Assembly (NCBI GenBank): GCA_030390025.1
Contig: CM059432.1
Span: 145,826,001-145,890,000 of the forward strand
Source of the DNA: Squalus acanthias
Taxonomy: Eukaryota
Length of the DNA stretch: 64,000 nt
Direction of reading: 5' to 3'
Shown in pieces: positions 1-12,246 of the stretch; the stretch's first letter is position 1; each line of letters begins with the position of its first letter. Position numbers and translations under genes: made by a program. Below the pieces are notes generated by a model, which searched no databases, was not told the DNA's origin, and worked only from the letters and a program-made list of their open reading frames with translations.

Positions 1-285
1 ATTTTCCAGTATAAATGCAGACAGGAATTTATAGCGAACAAAAAGTTGACACAAGAGCGTGACAAGAAAGTGAAAACAGGAGGTGAGTTTTTGTAGACAG
101 GCAGTGGGTGCAGATGCAAGCTTTCGCATATATTACAGAAACACACACCGTGCAGTGTTCCTGGATTTGTAGCCTGTTTATAAAAAAAATAATCTGTGAA
201 CAAAGTCTAAGAGTCATCGCCATTCCTCGTAATACCCAACAGTAGCTGGCTAGAGAAAAATATGAAATAAGCATCATCATCCTAC

Positions 286-403
286 CCAGGATTGACTTCA
301 GTGACAGCAGGGTGTTTGTTGCTATGCCACACTCTGAAGTTGTGTGTATTCTTCCACGCAGCGATGAACAAAATGCCATAGTCTGCTAACATTTTGTCAT
401 TAT
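286..403 (-). CDS. AVL9: AVL9 coding exon (exon 13 equivalent), 118 nt: (D)NDKMLADYGILFIAAWKNTHNFRVWHSNKHPAVTEVNP(G)
   Basis: Manual translation of the minus strand; acceptor cttcAG at 405-404, donor GTAGGA at 285-280; phase 1 continues the 2340-2559 exon; resembles vertebrate AVL9 'AWKNTHNYRVWNSNKHP'. Confidence 0.93.
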
Positions 404-854
404 CTGAAGAAGCAGAGTAAAAGACATACGATATATTGCCTGGTCAGAATAGCAAATGGCATTCAGACAACTCCTCAATCAGTCAGTATTAACATAAATG
501 CTCAAAATTACTTGAATATTAATTCAATTTTTGAACTAATGCAGCTCCCATACATCAGATCTATCATGTCCAAAGACGGACTTGGACTGTGATCAATATC
601 CACTTCAGAAAGTTCACACTGAAAAGAACAATCAGTGGCTTTTGGAACTAAAAGTCACAGTCATTCTGCCTCTGTGAGACACACTACGATGTTCAATGTG
701 ATAGGGGATTTCAAAATTATCCCATGATATACTGGAAGCTACACAATTATGAAATACAACTATTCTGCTGATATAGTTTAAAAATTATGCAGTTTAAATT
801 TACAAGTGTGCCAGTGAATTATCTGAATGTACAAGAATCAAAGGACAAGGAAAA

Positions 855-1680
855 TTGAGCACAGAATTTTACAGCACAGAAGGAGGCCATTCAGCCCAGT
901 GTCTGTGCCAGCTCTGTGCTGGAGCAATCCAAGACTAATCCCAGTGCCCCGTGCTCTCCCCACAGCCCTGTATCTTCCTCCGCTTCAGATATTTATACAA
1001 TTTTCCCGTAAAGGAACCAATGGTAACTTCCACTCCATGATGAAGCTTTCCGTGCTCCTACAACCCGAATAAAGAAATCTCTCCTAAGCGCTCTCTCTCG
1101 CGCTCGGTGAACACCCCACAGCACTGACTCTCCAACCAGAAGAAACAGCTTTTCCTCATTCACTATCAAAACTCTTACTAATTTACAAAAACCCTTTGTT
1201 AAATTTCCTCATAGCCTTTTTCACAGTGGAAATAGTCTCAGGTCACGCGTCATCCAGGTGAACCTACACTTCAACTCCATCTCTAAAACCCAAACGCTGT
1301 CGGTCCTTTTGTGGCTTTACCGACCGGCACTGGCTTTTAAGGGAATTATATATTTGAATCCCTGGGTGTCATGTTCATCTACATCCTTGAATATCCTTCA
1401 ATTATGTGTATACTCCTTTCCTTCTTCCCCCCCCACCCCCAAAAAGTATTACTTCACACTTCTCCACATTAAATTGCATCTTTGATTTCCCCAACCTGAA
1501 GTCTTTTACAATCCTCCTCACCATTTGCCAAACTCCCTACTTTTGGGTCATCAGCAAATTTTTATTTTTATTCCCTATGTTCCAATCCAAATGACCTATG
1601 TACTGAGAACAAAAGTGGACTCAGCACTGTCCCCTGGAGTACACCTTCACCATCAACCCTTACTCTCGTTCCTGTATTCT
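855..1680 (-). mobile_element. Highly decayed CR1 LINE 3' fragment
   Basis: Begins with the reverse-complement CR1 tail 'cacagaaggaggccattcagccc' shared with other copies in the window. Confidence 0.6.
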
Positions 1681-2339
1681 GGTACATGTATTATTAGATC
1701 CCGAGTTCACACAACAAAATTAGGACACAAATTTTATGAGTTATGAAATACATCCATTGAATAAAAAGGATAAAACACTAAAAATGTAAATAAATTGCTA
1801 CCAATCTAAAGTAGAAGGAAGTGAACAGCTTCTGAAGGCAATACCAAAAAAGCTTAGGGGAGTAAAGCATTTCCTATTGCCTATGTTACCACAGAGTGAT
1901 TTAAAAATGTAATAAGCTATGCCCTGGACCAGGGACTTGTCTTTTCATGGGCTGCAAAGGTGAGAAATTTTGCCTTGGGGGGTCACATAAAAAGTTCCCC
2001 TCCATGCTCCTATTTGCAGATGTCTCAAGTAGCTGATATGAACACATCTTGTTGTTCTGATTTAGGATTTATACACCAATGAAGCAACAGCACTAAAAAC
2101 AATCCTTTTTAAATGTCCAGGCCCATAACATTCAAACAGGGCAAACAGGTAAATAAGAAATCCAAGTGCAAATAGGACTAAGTTGCCTGGCCTTTGAGGG
2201 CCAGACTGGCTGGGCTCAGGCTGTGAATCCAATCAAATGTACTTTGTAGATATATGGAGATACAATCTTTTGATGCTACTATTGTGTTGTGTACATAAAA
2301 CTGGTGTTTTTTTCAGTGCATACAAACATTACTTCTCAC

Positions 2340-2559
2340 CTGGCTGCAAAGTAGTGGCAAGAAGGGAATGGATATAGAGTGCAAACTGGGCCCTGATCCA
2401 TTCATCTCCTCCTTCCCAACCCGTCCCATCGAGAAAGACATCATCCCTATTTTCAGTTACGTGCTTCACCAAAAAATCTGCAAAGCGTAAGTCTGCTGTG
2501 GTGAGGTTCAACAGTTTGCGTAGTTCCGGGTCATGTGTCTGTATCAAAGCTTCCTCAAT
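2340..2559 (-). CDS. AVL9: AVL9 coding exon (exon 12 equivalent), 220 nt: IEEALIQTHDPELRKLLNLTTADLRFADFLVKHVTENRDDVFLDGTGWEGGDEWIRAQFALYIHSLLATTLQP
   Basis: Within ORF 2329..2592; tttcacAG acceptor, GTGAG donor; hallmark AVL9 motif 'TADLRFAD...WEGGDEWIR'. Confidence 0.97.
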
Positions 2560-2799
2560 CTGTGAAAACATACGAGTTAAAAGAGCTGCCACATTTCTGA
2601 TTCCTCTCCCCTTGTGAAAATCTATGAACTTTGCTTTTAAATCCCTAAAGAATGATTAAAATAAATAGTTGTTTGCCTTCATGTTTGTTCGAGAGTTGTA
2701 TGTTGTGAGTGAAGGGAGGTTACTTTTTGCTGAAATAAAAACAGAAAATGCTGGAAATGCTCAGCAGGTCAGGCAGCATCTGTGGAGAGAGAGAAACAG

Positions 2800-2836
2800 A
2801 GTTAACGTTTCAGGTCGATGACCCTTCGTCAGAACT
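2800..2836 (-). ncRNA. Minimal hammerhead ribozyme motif (PLE family B), sense to AVL9
   Basis: Minus strand AGTT-CTGACGA-A-GGGTC ATC GACCT-GAAA-CG-TT-AACT: intact core, stem II, palindromic ACGT stem III, stem I AGTT/AACT. Confidence 0.7.
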
Positions 2837-3252
2837 GGAAAAAGTTGGAGGTGTAACAGGTTTTTAAGCAAGTGTAGGGGCAGGGAAAGGGGGGAGGGGA
2901 GGAAAGAACAAAAGGGAAGGTCTGTGATAGGATAGAAGGCAGGAGAGATTAAGAGACAAAAGGGATGATGGTGCAAGGCAAAAGGAGATGGTAATGGGAC
3001 AAGTTAAGAAACAAAAGATGACTCTAGATGAAGTGTAAATGGCAATGGCAGGATGATCAACAGCTGCCATGTGGGAGAGAGAAAAAAAATGATAGGGGCA
3101 GAGGTTATGGTTTGTTGAGTCCAGAAGGCTGTAAAGTGCCTAATCGAAAGATGAGGTGCTGTTCCTCGAGCTTACGTTGAGCTTCATTGGAACAGTGGAA
3201 GAGGCCTGCCCCTACACTTGCTTAAAAACCTGTTACATCTTCAATTTTTTCC

Positions 3253-3289
3253 AGTGCTGACGAAGGGTCATCGACCTGAAACGTTAACT
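3253..3289 (+). ncRNA. Minimal hammerhead motif (inverted partner of 2800-2836)
   Basis: AGTG-CTGACGA-A-GGGTCATCGACCT-GAAACGTT-AACT; one mismatch in stem I. Confidence 0.6.
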
Positions 3290-4069
3290 CTGTTTCTCTC
3301 TCTCTACAGATGCTGCCTGACCTGCTGAGTATTTCCGGCATTTTCTGTTTTTATTTCAGATTTCCAGCATCCGCAGTATTTTGCTTTTGGCTGAAGTTCT
3401 GTTCATCCCTGACAATATTTCAAATTTAGTTTTTCACCAGCTTCTTTGTTAAATATACAAATAGTTGTGAGGCTTAATACATCTTAAGTGGGATTCTAAA
3501 ACTCAAAAGACGTTTCCCCAGTTAATTTTGGTGTATTTAAAATATCTGGAGCCACCCCGATTATACTCCCATTATTGTAGATGCTGATTCAGGCCTCTAG
3601 CTTCTGCATATGATCCTGGTTGCCCTGCAGAGTAAGCTTCAACATTCAGTTCCACGCAAACCAAGTTAGTCAGTTTACAATTAAAATGGGTGTTGAAGGT
3701 GGGCGTGAAGGTTAAAAGTAGGGAAAAAATGTTGAAATAGTAAAGCATCAAAAGGCCTCGCTTACAAAAAAAAAGACCAACTCTCCGGCTAAGTTCAATG
3801 GCCTTAACTGTCAAAGGAACATCAAAATTATCAGAGCAAAAAACTGCAAATGTTTAAAATCTGAAAGAAAAGTAGAAAATACTGGAAACACCAAACATGT
3901 CAGTTAACATTTCGGGTATGAACCCTTCATCAGAACTGGACGATAATACGGATGAAAAACATTTAAAAAGGAACAAGAACAAGGATTAGGGGGCAAAAAA
4001 AATTACAAACAGGAAAAGACATCGAAATACCCGTAACATGCTTAAGTGGAAAACAACAGATGGTTACGA

Positions 4070-4695
4070 ACATATGAATTAGGAGCAGGAGTCGGCCACT
4101 CGGCCACTTGAGCCTGCTCCGCCATTCAATAAGATCGTGGCTGATCTGATTACTCCACATTCCCGCCTACCCCCAATAACCTTTCACCCCCTTGCTTATC
4201 AAGAATCTATCTACCTCTGCCGTAAAAATATTCAAAGACTCTGCTTCCACCGCCCTCTGAGGAAGAGAGTTCCAAAGACTCACGACCGTCTGAGAAAAAA
4301 TTTCTCCTCATCTCTGTCTTAAATAGGCGACCCCTTATTTTTAAACAGTGACCCCTAGTTCTAGATTCTCCCACAAGAGGAAACATCCTCTCCACATCCA
4401 CCCTGTCCAGACCCCTCAGGATCTTGTATGTTTCAATCAAGGCACCTCTTACTCTTCTAAGCTCCAGTGGATACAAGCCTAGCCTGTCCAACCTTTCCTC
4501 ATAAGACAAACCTGCCCATTCCAGGTATTAGTCTAGTAAACCTTCTCTGAACTGCTTCCAACACATTTACATCCTTCCTTAAATAAGGAGACCAATACTG
4601 TACACAGTACTCCAGATGTGGTCTCACCAATGCCCTGTATAACTGAAGCATAACCTCCCTACTTTTGTATTCAATTCCCCTCGCAGTAAACGATA
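4070..4695 (-). mobile_element. CR1 LINE 3' fragment
   Basis: ORFs 4207..4509 and 4499..4750 give the CR1 ORF2 C-terminus '[19 protein letters not shown]...[10 protein letters not shown]'. Confidence 0.9.
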
Positions 4696-5928
4696 AACGG
4701 CAGAAGTGATATAAGCACGAGACAGTTGGAGGCATGATGAGAAAAATCAAAGAAATAAAAAGAGAGATGAGACACAGAGTGTGTGGCTAGCTAAGGGGAC
4801 CATGGGATAGGCTGGTGGAAAGGGAAGCGTGAAAGACTGGAAAAGGCTCCATTGGCCCACAAAGCACTTCTCAAATGGATGCAAAACATCCAATGGCACG
4901 AGTGGAAAAGGCACATGGGAGTTTCTTCCGCTGTCCCGGCCAAAGTTTTATCCGACAACCAACACCACGGTTTCAACACATCGCCATCTCAGTGCTACTT
5001 GTGGGATCTTGCTGTGGGCAAACTGGCTGCCATGTTTGCCTCCGCAACAACAGTTACTGCATTTCAGGAGTAATTCATTGGCTATAAAGCACTTTGAGAC
5101 ACCGAGGGTGTCAAAGGTTCTATGTAAAAGCAAGTTCTTTCTAAGTGAAAAGCTCAGAACAAGGCCTTATATAAAGAAGAATGTCAGAATATCACCTGGC
5201 TGCACATTTCTCAAAGGAACAGTGTTTCCACATGTTTTTCTCCTGGGTTAATGGTAAAACATATATATGGATGTGAAGGGTGAACGAATGAGGAAGAATG
5301 TTCATTTTAAGATTCCAGCATGCTTGGTACAAACTGACTTTAAGGAGGTTTTCAATCTCGATATTTTGTATTGCAGAAAGGTTAAACATTAATCGCTACA
5401 CCTGGCACTGGGGTGTAGTTAACCAATTGTTGCACCAGCAACAGGAATCAATTTTATGAAATTGTAGAGGAATTCTTTAATTTTATACACTTAAAAGCTA
5501 GAACTGTCTTTTAAGTTACTGGTTAATGACCAGTGGAACTAGTAAGCTATTTTTTATGGCACTTGATCACTTTCATTTTATTAAAACCAGAAAGTAGTAC
5601 TTGTCATATATTGTATACTGTGTACATGAATAATAATTAACCTGTAGAAAGACAGAGGACAATGTGGGGAGTGTAACAGATTGATTTTAGCTAAAACTTA
5701 GAAATTTACAATTTGCAGATTGCAGCTGGTTAGTAATCTGATGGCGTATCGAAGTTTATTAGTGGCCGTTTCATCTTTCTGTATAACCAACTCTACACTT
5801 AAGCAGATGGTAGACTGTTTTTGGAAACTTTTATTGTTGTGCTGTTAGCCAGAATATTGTGCTCGCAGAAGTTTAACTCTCTGCATTGAAGCCATGAACC
5901 CAATTACATTGCAGAGTCCTGTACTTAC

Positions 5929-6063
5929 ATCGATAACCGCATCACTCAAGTGCTTCTGCTGGCGAAAAAGGATATTTGTTGCCCCAGCAACAAAGCCACG
6001 CACAGTGACATCAGAGAGAAGATGATGCTGCTGCAAAGCCATATACGGTAAACAAAGATAACC
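5929..6063 (-). CDS. AVL9: AVL9 coding exon (exon 11 equivalent), 135 nt: GYLCLPYMALQQHHLLSDVTVRGFVAGATNILFRQQKHLSDAVID
   Basis: ORF 5845..6042; polypyrimidine-CAG acceptor, GTAAGT donor; phase 0/0. Confidence 0.97.
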
Positions 6064-7019
6064 CTGGAAGAGAAAAATAATGAAAGCACTTTGAATTAGT
6101 CACAGTATTATTCTTTAGAAACTAATGTTCAAATGTAGACTAATAATGGCGGCAATGGAAAATATATACAAGGCTTATAGTTATGAAGTTATATGCAATG
6201 CAATTCATGTACAATACGTCCACTATTACAAAAAGGCAAAAACTACAGAATAAAGAATGTGCAACTGGAAAAGTTCCCCATTATCACATGACTATCACAA
6301 AAAGTAATTACTTTGATCAAAGTTTTGCCTCATTGGTAAGCTCTGGGTTAATTCAACCAAAAGTGTTTAGTTATATTAATCCTATTTTCAATGCAATTCC
6401 AAAGCCATTTTTTGCCACACTAGCAGGAAAAAATTAACTATATTATCATTTAAAATTCTACGATATACTGGATTGACAAATTCTACAATGGAACAAAATT
6501 ACACGAACATCGAATTTTTTGAAATGCAGTCTGCATACTTCGATGCAACTTAAACCTTTATTGTTTCATACTGTTCCAGCGCTGGATCACTTTTTACATT
6601 TAAACTATAAAATTAATCGCTCTTCATGGCAGCCATTTTTCTGCCCACTTTTATAGTTCGTCTAAAGCGAATGGCACTCATCCAGTCTAGCAGCAACCTG
6701 TCCCCTCCCCTTTATGTGTTTGTTGCCATCTTCCTCACCCACCAGATTGACAGCCAAGCTCTCATTCCTGGCAGCAACTGCATTTGCAGTAAAGGTTCTA
6801 CTGGGAAGCGCAGTTATGTCAGCCTTCGATGCACTGAAAACCAGCCCATTCTCATTGGGCAGCCTGGGAAAGTATCACAAAGCAGGCAGGGCATGATGTG
6901 ATACAGTAAAGGCGTAAAACGAGAGAGGGGAAAAAAAATGAAAATAGGGAAGAAGTCAGAAGTTTGTGGAGGTGATAAAAAAACAAGCCAATTCCATTAT
7001 CGCAAGATTCAAACACTTC

Positions 7020-7983
7020 GAATCATAGAAACTTACAGCACAGGAGGCAATTCAACCCGTCGTGCCTGTGCTGGCTCTTTGAAAGAGCAGTCGTGCTTAG
7101 TCCAACATCCCCGCTTTTTGTCCTTAACCCTGCAAGTTCCTCATCCTCAAGTACCCGTCCAACTCCCTTTTAAAATTATTGATGGAATCAGCTCCACCAC
7201 ATTTTCAGGTAGAGCGTTCCAGATCCCAACTCTCAGAAAAAAATTCTCATCTCCCCTCTAGATCTTTTGCCAATAATTTTGAATCTATGACTTCCATTTA
7301 TTGACCCACTCGCCAGAGGGAATAATTTTTCTCAATTTACTCTGATCAAAACCTCTCATCATCTTGAAAACCTGTGTTAGGTCTCCTCTTAGCCTTCTCT
7401 ATTCCAAGGAGAACAGTCCTAACTTTTCCAACCTCCCCTTGTAACTGAAGTCCAACATCCTGGTAAACCTCCTCTGCACCCTTTCTAAGGCCTTTATATC
7501 TTACCTGAAGTGTGGGGCCCAGAATTGTCCACAATACTCCAGCTGAGGCCGAACCAGTGATTTATAAAGTTCTAGCTTGATCTCTTTGCTTTTATATTCT
7601 ATGCCTCTATTTGTAAACCCAAGTAACCCATATGCTTTTTTAACCATCTCATCAACTTGCTCTGCCACCTTTAAGGATGTGTGTATATGGACACCAAGGT
7701 CTCTCTGCTCATCTACACTTTTCAAAATTGTGCCATTTATAGTGTACTGTCTTTCCATATTAGTCCTCCCAAAGTGCATCACTTCACACTTCTCCACATT
7801 GATCTCCATCTGCCCTGCTTCTGCCCATTTCACCATCCTGTCTGTGTCGTCCTGAAGCCTCTAACTAACCTCATCACTATCTACTACTTTGCCAAGTTTC
7901 GGATCATCTGAAAACTTTATAAATGCTGTTCCCGACACCCGAGTCCAAATCATTTATAAAAACTAAAAAGACTACTGGACCCA
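7020..7983 (-). mobile_element. CR1 LINE 3' fragment
   Basis: ORF 7501..7836 'KCEVMHFGR...RDLGVH...LVRPQLEYC'. Confidence 0.9.
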
Positions 7984-7984
7984 A

Positions 7985-8168
7985 CTAAGGTTCAGACATG
8001 GTCTGTTATGCAGGGCTATGCTGTATATACACCCCAGAATACAGGAAGAAGTCCTGTAATGTCCAACGAGCTCCCAGTGCAACTAGTTGCACATGCAGGA
8101 CTTCTTGCTGTATTGTGGGGTATATATACAGCACAGCCCTACATCAACAGGCCATGTTTGAATCTTAG
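7985..8168. mobile_element. Short foldback MITE, about 72-bp arms (7985-8056 / 8096-8168)
   Basis: Arms are reverse complements with scattered mismatches; CTAAG...CTTAG termini. Confidence 0.7.
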
Positions 8169-9010
8169 GTTACAATTAGGAATATTTTAAAAAGCACAAT
8201 AGTCTCTGTGGTTTTGTGCTCCTAAAGACCAGAGAGCGAACCTGTGGTGCCTCATCACTGGCTGTAAGGGGAATGAAGAGAGCACCACCAAGTAAGAGGC
8301 CGAGTTGCAAATATCGAGAGAGAGAGAGAGAATTTTGAATCTGAAATAATGAAGATAGCTACCGTCATCAGACTGAAAACACAAAGGCAGTGTTATTTGC
8401 ATATCCCCTTGTTGGAGGTGATTGGAGTTGGTCACATAGTGAAGAGCGAAAACCTGGCTTGTTGCCAGAGAAACTATTTCCAATGTAACAGATACCCATC
8501 AATGCCGAGCCCTGCATTGACTCCAATTGAGATTTATTTTATTTCATTAAAAAAAAAATCAGACACCTGAAACAAGGAGAAAACTTGCTGGCCACTTGCT
8601 TGAGCTCTCTGGGAATGTTGCAATTGCCTAATCATTTAAATACAGATAGACGTGCAACAACTACTTGCATTTATATAGCGCCTTTAATGTAGGAAAACAT
8701 CCCAAGGTACTTCAACGTGTAATTGCTGCAGCTGTGGACAGACTCCCTTGAGCAACAGCTACTTTGGGGAGCTGGTGGCACTGGGAGCTTTGCCCCCCAC
8801 ACATTCAATCTCAGAAAACTTCAGATAATCAGATAAGATTTTAAAATGAAAATATGTGTTCTTGAGGCCAAACCCAGCCTGTCAATCTCCTCGGCATAGT
8901 CCTTGAATAATAGAAGATCATAAACTTTTCAGAATCATGTTGAGCTTTCAAACATCTAGAATGAGGTAAAATTTCCTAACCATTTTTGTATAAAGAACTT
9001 GCATTTCAAT

Positions 9011-9779
9011 GGGCCAAAAATTCAGCCCTTCCCGGGTGAGTACACAGTGCGCACTCACCCGTAAGGCGTCCCGAAGTGCCGGTTTCCTGCATGCACTGCA
9101 CATGCGCGGGAAACGGCAACTTCCGGTCTGGTGAAGGGGGCGGTTCCTAGGTGAACCGCGTGCGCGGTAGAGGCTGCGCGCACGCAGCAAACTTAGGTTT
9201 TTTTTTCAGGTTTCTACGGGAGGGTAAGTATTGAAGAACCTACGCTTTTAAAAAGGAGGCGCAGGAGCCGTTTTCAACAAGGTAAGTGGTTAATTAAGTA
9301 TAATTTAAAAAAAATTTCAACAGGTTTATTTTTTTTTAGATACTTTAAAGAAAGGTAAGTTTATTTTTAGCACTGTTAAAAAGTATTTTAATTTTTTCAA
9401 AAATTTAAATTTTTGTTTAAAGTGGTTAATTTATTTAACTATAGTTATTTTATAAATGTGATGGGTTTTTTAAAAACATTTATTTTAAGTTTAGCTGTTC
9501 TTTTGGGGTCGATTTCAATTTATACATTTGACAGGTCTTCCTGTCAAATCTATGAATGAAAGATGGTCTGCTGCCATTGGCTCTCCATGGCCCACGTGAT
9601 CCCAGGGGACGCATCGCACTAACTGCGCCCCTGGGACACGCAAGCACTGCGCGCCGGCACTTGGAGCAGGCCCAGGAGCTAAAGTTCCCGTGGGCCCAAA
9701 ACACAACGGCAGGCGCGGTAGGTAAGTGCGCGCGTGATCCTTACCCCCGCGGCAAGCCGGAGAGGCGAATTTCAGGGCA
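9011..9779 (+). mobile_element. Non-autonomous TIR DNA transposon (PIF/Harbinger-like MITE), copy 1 of 3
   Basis: GGGCCAAAAATTCAGCC...GGCGAATTTCAGGGC(A) imperfect TIRs, AAT on both flanks; highly similar to 36806-37498. Confidence 0.8.
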
Positions 9780-9782
9780 AAT

Positions 9783-10062
9783 AGCACCTTTCATGACCTC
9801 AGGACGTCCCAAAGCGCTTTACAGCCAATGAAGTACATTTGAAGTGTAATCACTGTTGTAATGTAGGAAACACGGCAGCCAATTTGCGCACAGCAAGCTC
9901 CCACAAACAGCAATGAGATAATAACCAACTAATCTGTTTTAGTGGTGCTGGTTGAGATATAAATGCTGGCCAGGACACCGGGGAGAACTCCCCTGCTCTT
10001 CTTTGAATAGTGCCGTGGGATCTTTTACGACTCAGAAGGCAGATGGGACGTCGGTTTAACAA
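9783..10062 (-). mobile_element. Deu-domain SINE 3' part
   Basis: Reverse complement of the SINE body at 48894-49335. Confidence 0.75.
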
Positions 10063-10064
10063 GA

Positions 10065-10490
10065 TATTGGGAGCATATCCACCACCTCAAACATCCACTC
10101 CCTCCACCATCGGCACATCATGGTTTCAGTGTACAATCTACAGAATGCACTGCAGCAACCCATCAAGGCTTCTTTGACAGCACCTCCCAAACCCGCGGCA
10201 TCCACCACCTAGAAGGACAAGGGAAGCAGGCGCGTGGGAACATTATCACCTCCAAGTTCCCCATCAAGTCACACACCATCCTGAATTGGACATTTATTGC
10301 CATTCCACCATCGTCATTGGGTCAAAATCCTGGAACTCCCAACCTGACAGCACTGTGGGAGCACCTTCACCACGCGGACTGCAGTGGTTCAAGGCGGCGG
10401 CTCACCACCACCTCCTCATGGGCAACTAGAGATGGGCAATAAATGCTGGCCTTGCCAGCGACGCCCACATCCCAAAAATGAATTAAAAAA
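10065..10490 (+). mobile_element. CR1/Zenon-like LINE 3' end
   Basis: Reverse complement of the ends of 14243-15075 and 40627-41577. Confidence 0.75.
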
Positions 10491-10891
10491 ACATGGTCTC
10501 CTAAAAGGAAGGTTGCATACATGAAAGACAAAGTAATGACATTGTTAAAGTTGTATAAAGAAGTACAAATTTTTTAAGAACAAGGTGGTTTGGAGTTTTA
10601 CAATATTTTGGCACAGAACTGCTAGACCACTACATTTAATAATTTCATAATGCACAAGAGCCAACATGTCTAGTATCTAGATAGTACTGCAATACTTTTG
10701 ATTTCTAGGTCAAGGAAATTGTACTTTTAGTCTCTAGGTTTATGAAAACAGCCCACCTTAATGTTCAGGCAAAGACCATTTTGGCCTTTAAGCCTTTACT
10801 GTACTTTTGCCTAACCGAATGATGACAGCATACAAAGTATCGCTATCAGAATTCAAATCAAAAGTAAAAATACGGTATCTATAGAAGTTAC

Positions 10892-11436
10892 CTTAGTAAA
10901 GATAGCTAAGGGCATTCCATATTGGTCTTCCTCTAGGCCAGAAATCACTCCTGGGACTATCACTGTCTGGCCTGTATTCGCCTGTGGCTGCACTGTGATT
11001 GGCAAGGACTGGGAAACCAAGGAATCTGATGTAAACACTTCTTTTTGGTCAGAATTATCTTTTTCATTCAATACGTCTTCCTTTATCCCATTATCAGCAT
11101 CAAGAATGCTGGCATCCAAAGTTTCCCAATCGCTCTCTGATGAGTTGGGTGAAGCGTGTTGTGGAGGGCGCAGTTGCTGCTGCAGTCTATTATCTGCCTG
11201 CTCAGATCTCGGTACATCCGAAAAGGTTACCACCTTTGCCGTAACCTTCATCTGATGATCTCCTGCTGGATATTTTGCCTCTACACTGAATTCTGAAGCA
11301 GGGTTTGAAATATCTGACGCAGAAATGGAAACATATTCTTCAGTATTCAAACCATGTTCCTGGAAAGCAACGTCTTCTGAGGTGCTCTTTCGTGGCTTGT
11401 ATTGCGATGAATCTGCTAAACCATGTTCTACCATCC
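10892..11436 (-). CDS. AVL9: AVL9 large coding exon (exon 10 equivalent), 545 nt: (G)MVEHGLADSSQYKPRK...SESDWETLD...GLEEDQYGMPLAIFTK
   Basis: ORF 10853..11449; TTTAG acceptor, GTAAC donor; phase 1/0 fits neighbouring exons. Confidence 0.95.
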
Positions 11437-11844
11437 CTAAAGCAATCATAAAAAGAGATCATACGTTATTAGTTGAACATAGTCCAACCTCCCCATGCAA
11501 AAGAATAAGCCATTATCCAAAAAGGTGGAGGAGAATAACTGGATCCACTGTCCCCTTTAAGAGTGTGACACTGTAATGGAATCATATGGGACAAACAGAC
11601 CATCCCCACCCTTTTTAACGGGCCTTGTTGCGGAAGCATACCTCAGCTCTTTTAAAGGAAATGCCAGTAAGGAAAAACAATAATTAAACTCATATCAAAA
11701 TCAGGAGCTCCAAATGCACCCAAATCAGAGAGAACCAGGAGCAGGTTTTGTACGTGGAAGTTAAACTACATTGAAAGAATGAGGAATACTCTATCAACGG
11801 TGGGTTATTTAACAATTTTCCTCATTCATTTAATTTCCCTATGG

Positions 11845-12195
11845 AGTCAGAAAGGCGTGAGTTCCACTCCAGAGACTTGAGCACATAATCCAGGCTGACA
11901 CCTCCGCGCGGTACTGAGGGAGCGCTGCACTCTTGGAGGTGCCGTCTTTCGGATGAGACGTTAAACCAAGGTCCCGTCTGCCCACTCAGGTGGATGTAAA
12001 AGATACCATGGCACTATTTCAAAGAAGATCAGGGGAGTTCTCCTGGTTCCGCAAAAACAGATTATCTGGTCATATATCTCATTGCTATTTGTGGGATCTT
12101 GCGGTGTGCAAATTGGCTGCCGTGTTTCCTACAGTACAACCGTGCCTTCATTTCAAAAGTACTTCATTGGCTGTGAAGTGCTTTGGGATGTTCTG
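11845..12195 (+). mobile_element. Deu-domain SINE (SacSINE1/AmnSINE-like)
   Basis: Contains GGATGAGACGTTAAACC core shared with other copies. Confidence 0.75.
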
Positions 12196-12246
12196 AGTTT
12201 GTAAAAATAAGTAATTTGCTGATGATACAAATGTATTGGTGCTTAC

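Larger units (their letters stand above)
2730..3389 (-). mobile_element. Penelope-like element remnant (family B): GIY-YIG C-terminus plus 3' end, with an inverted copy of the end
   Basis: Minus 3206-3105 encodes GLFHCSNEAQRKLEEQHLIFRLGTLQPSGLN (PLE endonuclease C-terminus); about 2730-2885 and 3205-3359 are inverted repeats. Confidence 0.85.

Noticed and set aside
186..249. AG-preceded segment after the 286-403 exon as a next AVL9 exon
   Set aside because: The intron would be only about 36 nt, the frame hits TAG, and there is no similarity to the expected AVL9 continuation
9043..9075. CACAGTG (RAG RSS heptamer) in the MITE hairpin loop
   Set aside because: No ACAAAAACC-like nonamer at 12- or 23-bp spacing and no Ig/TCR segments nearby
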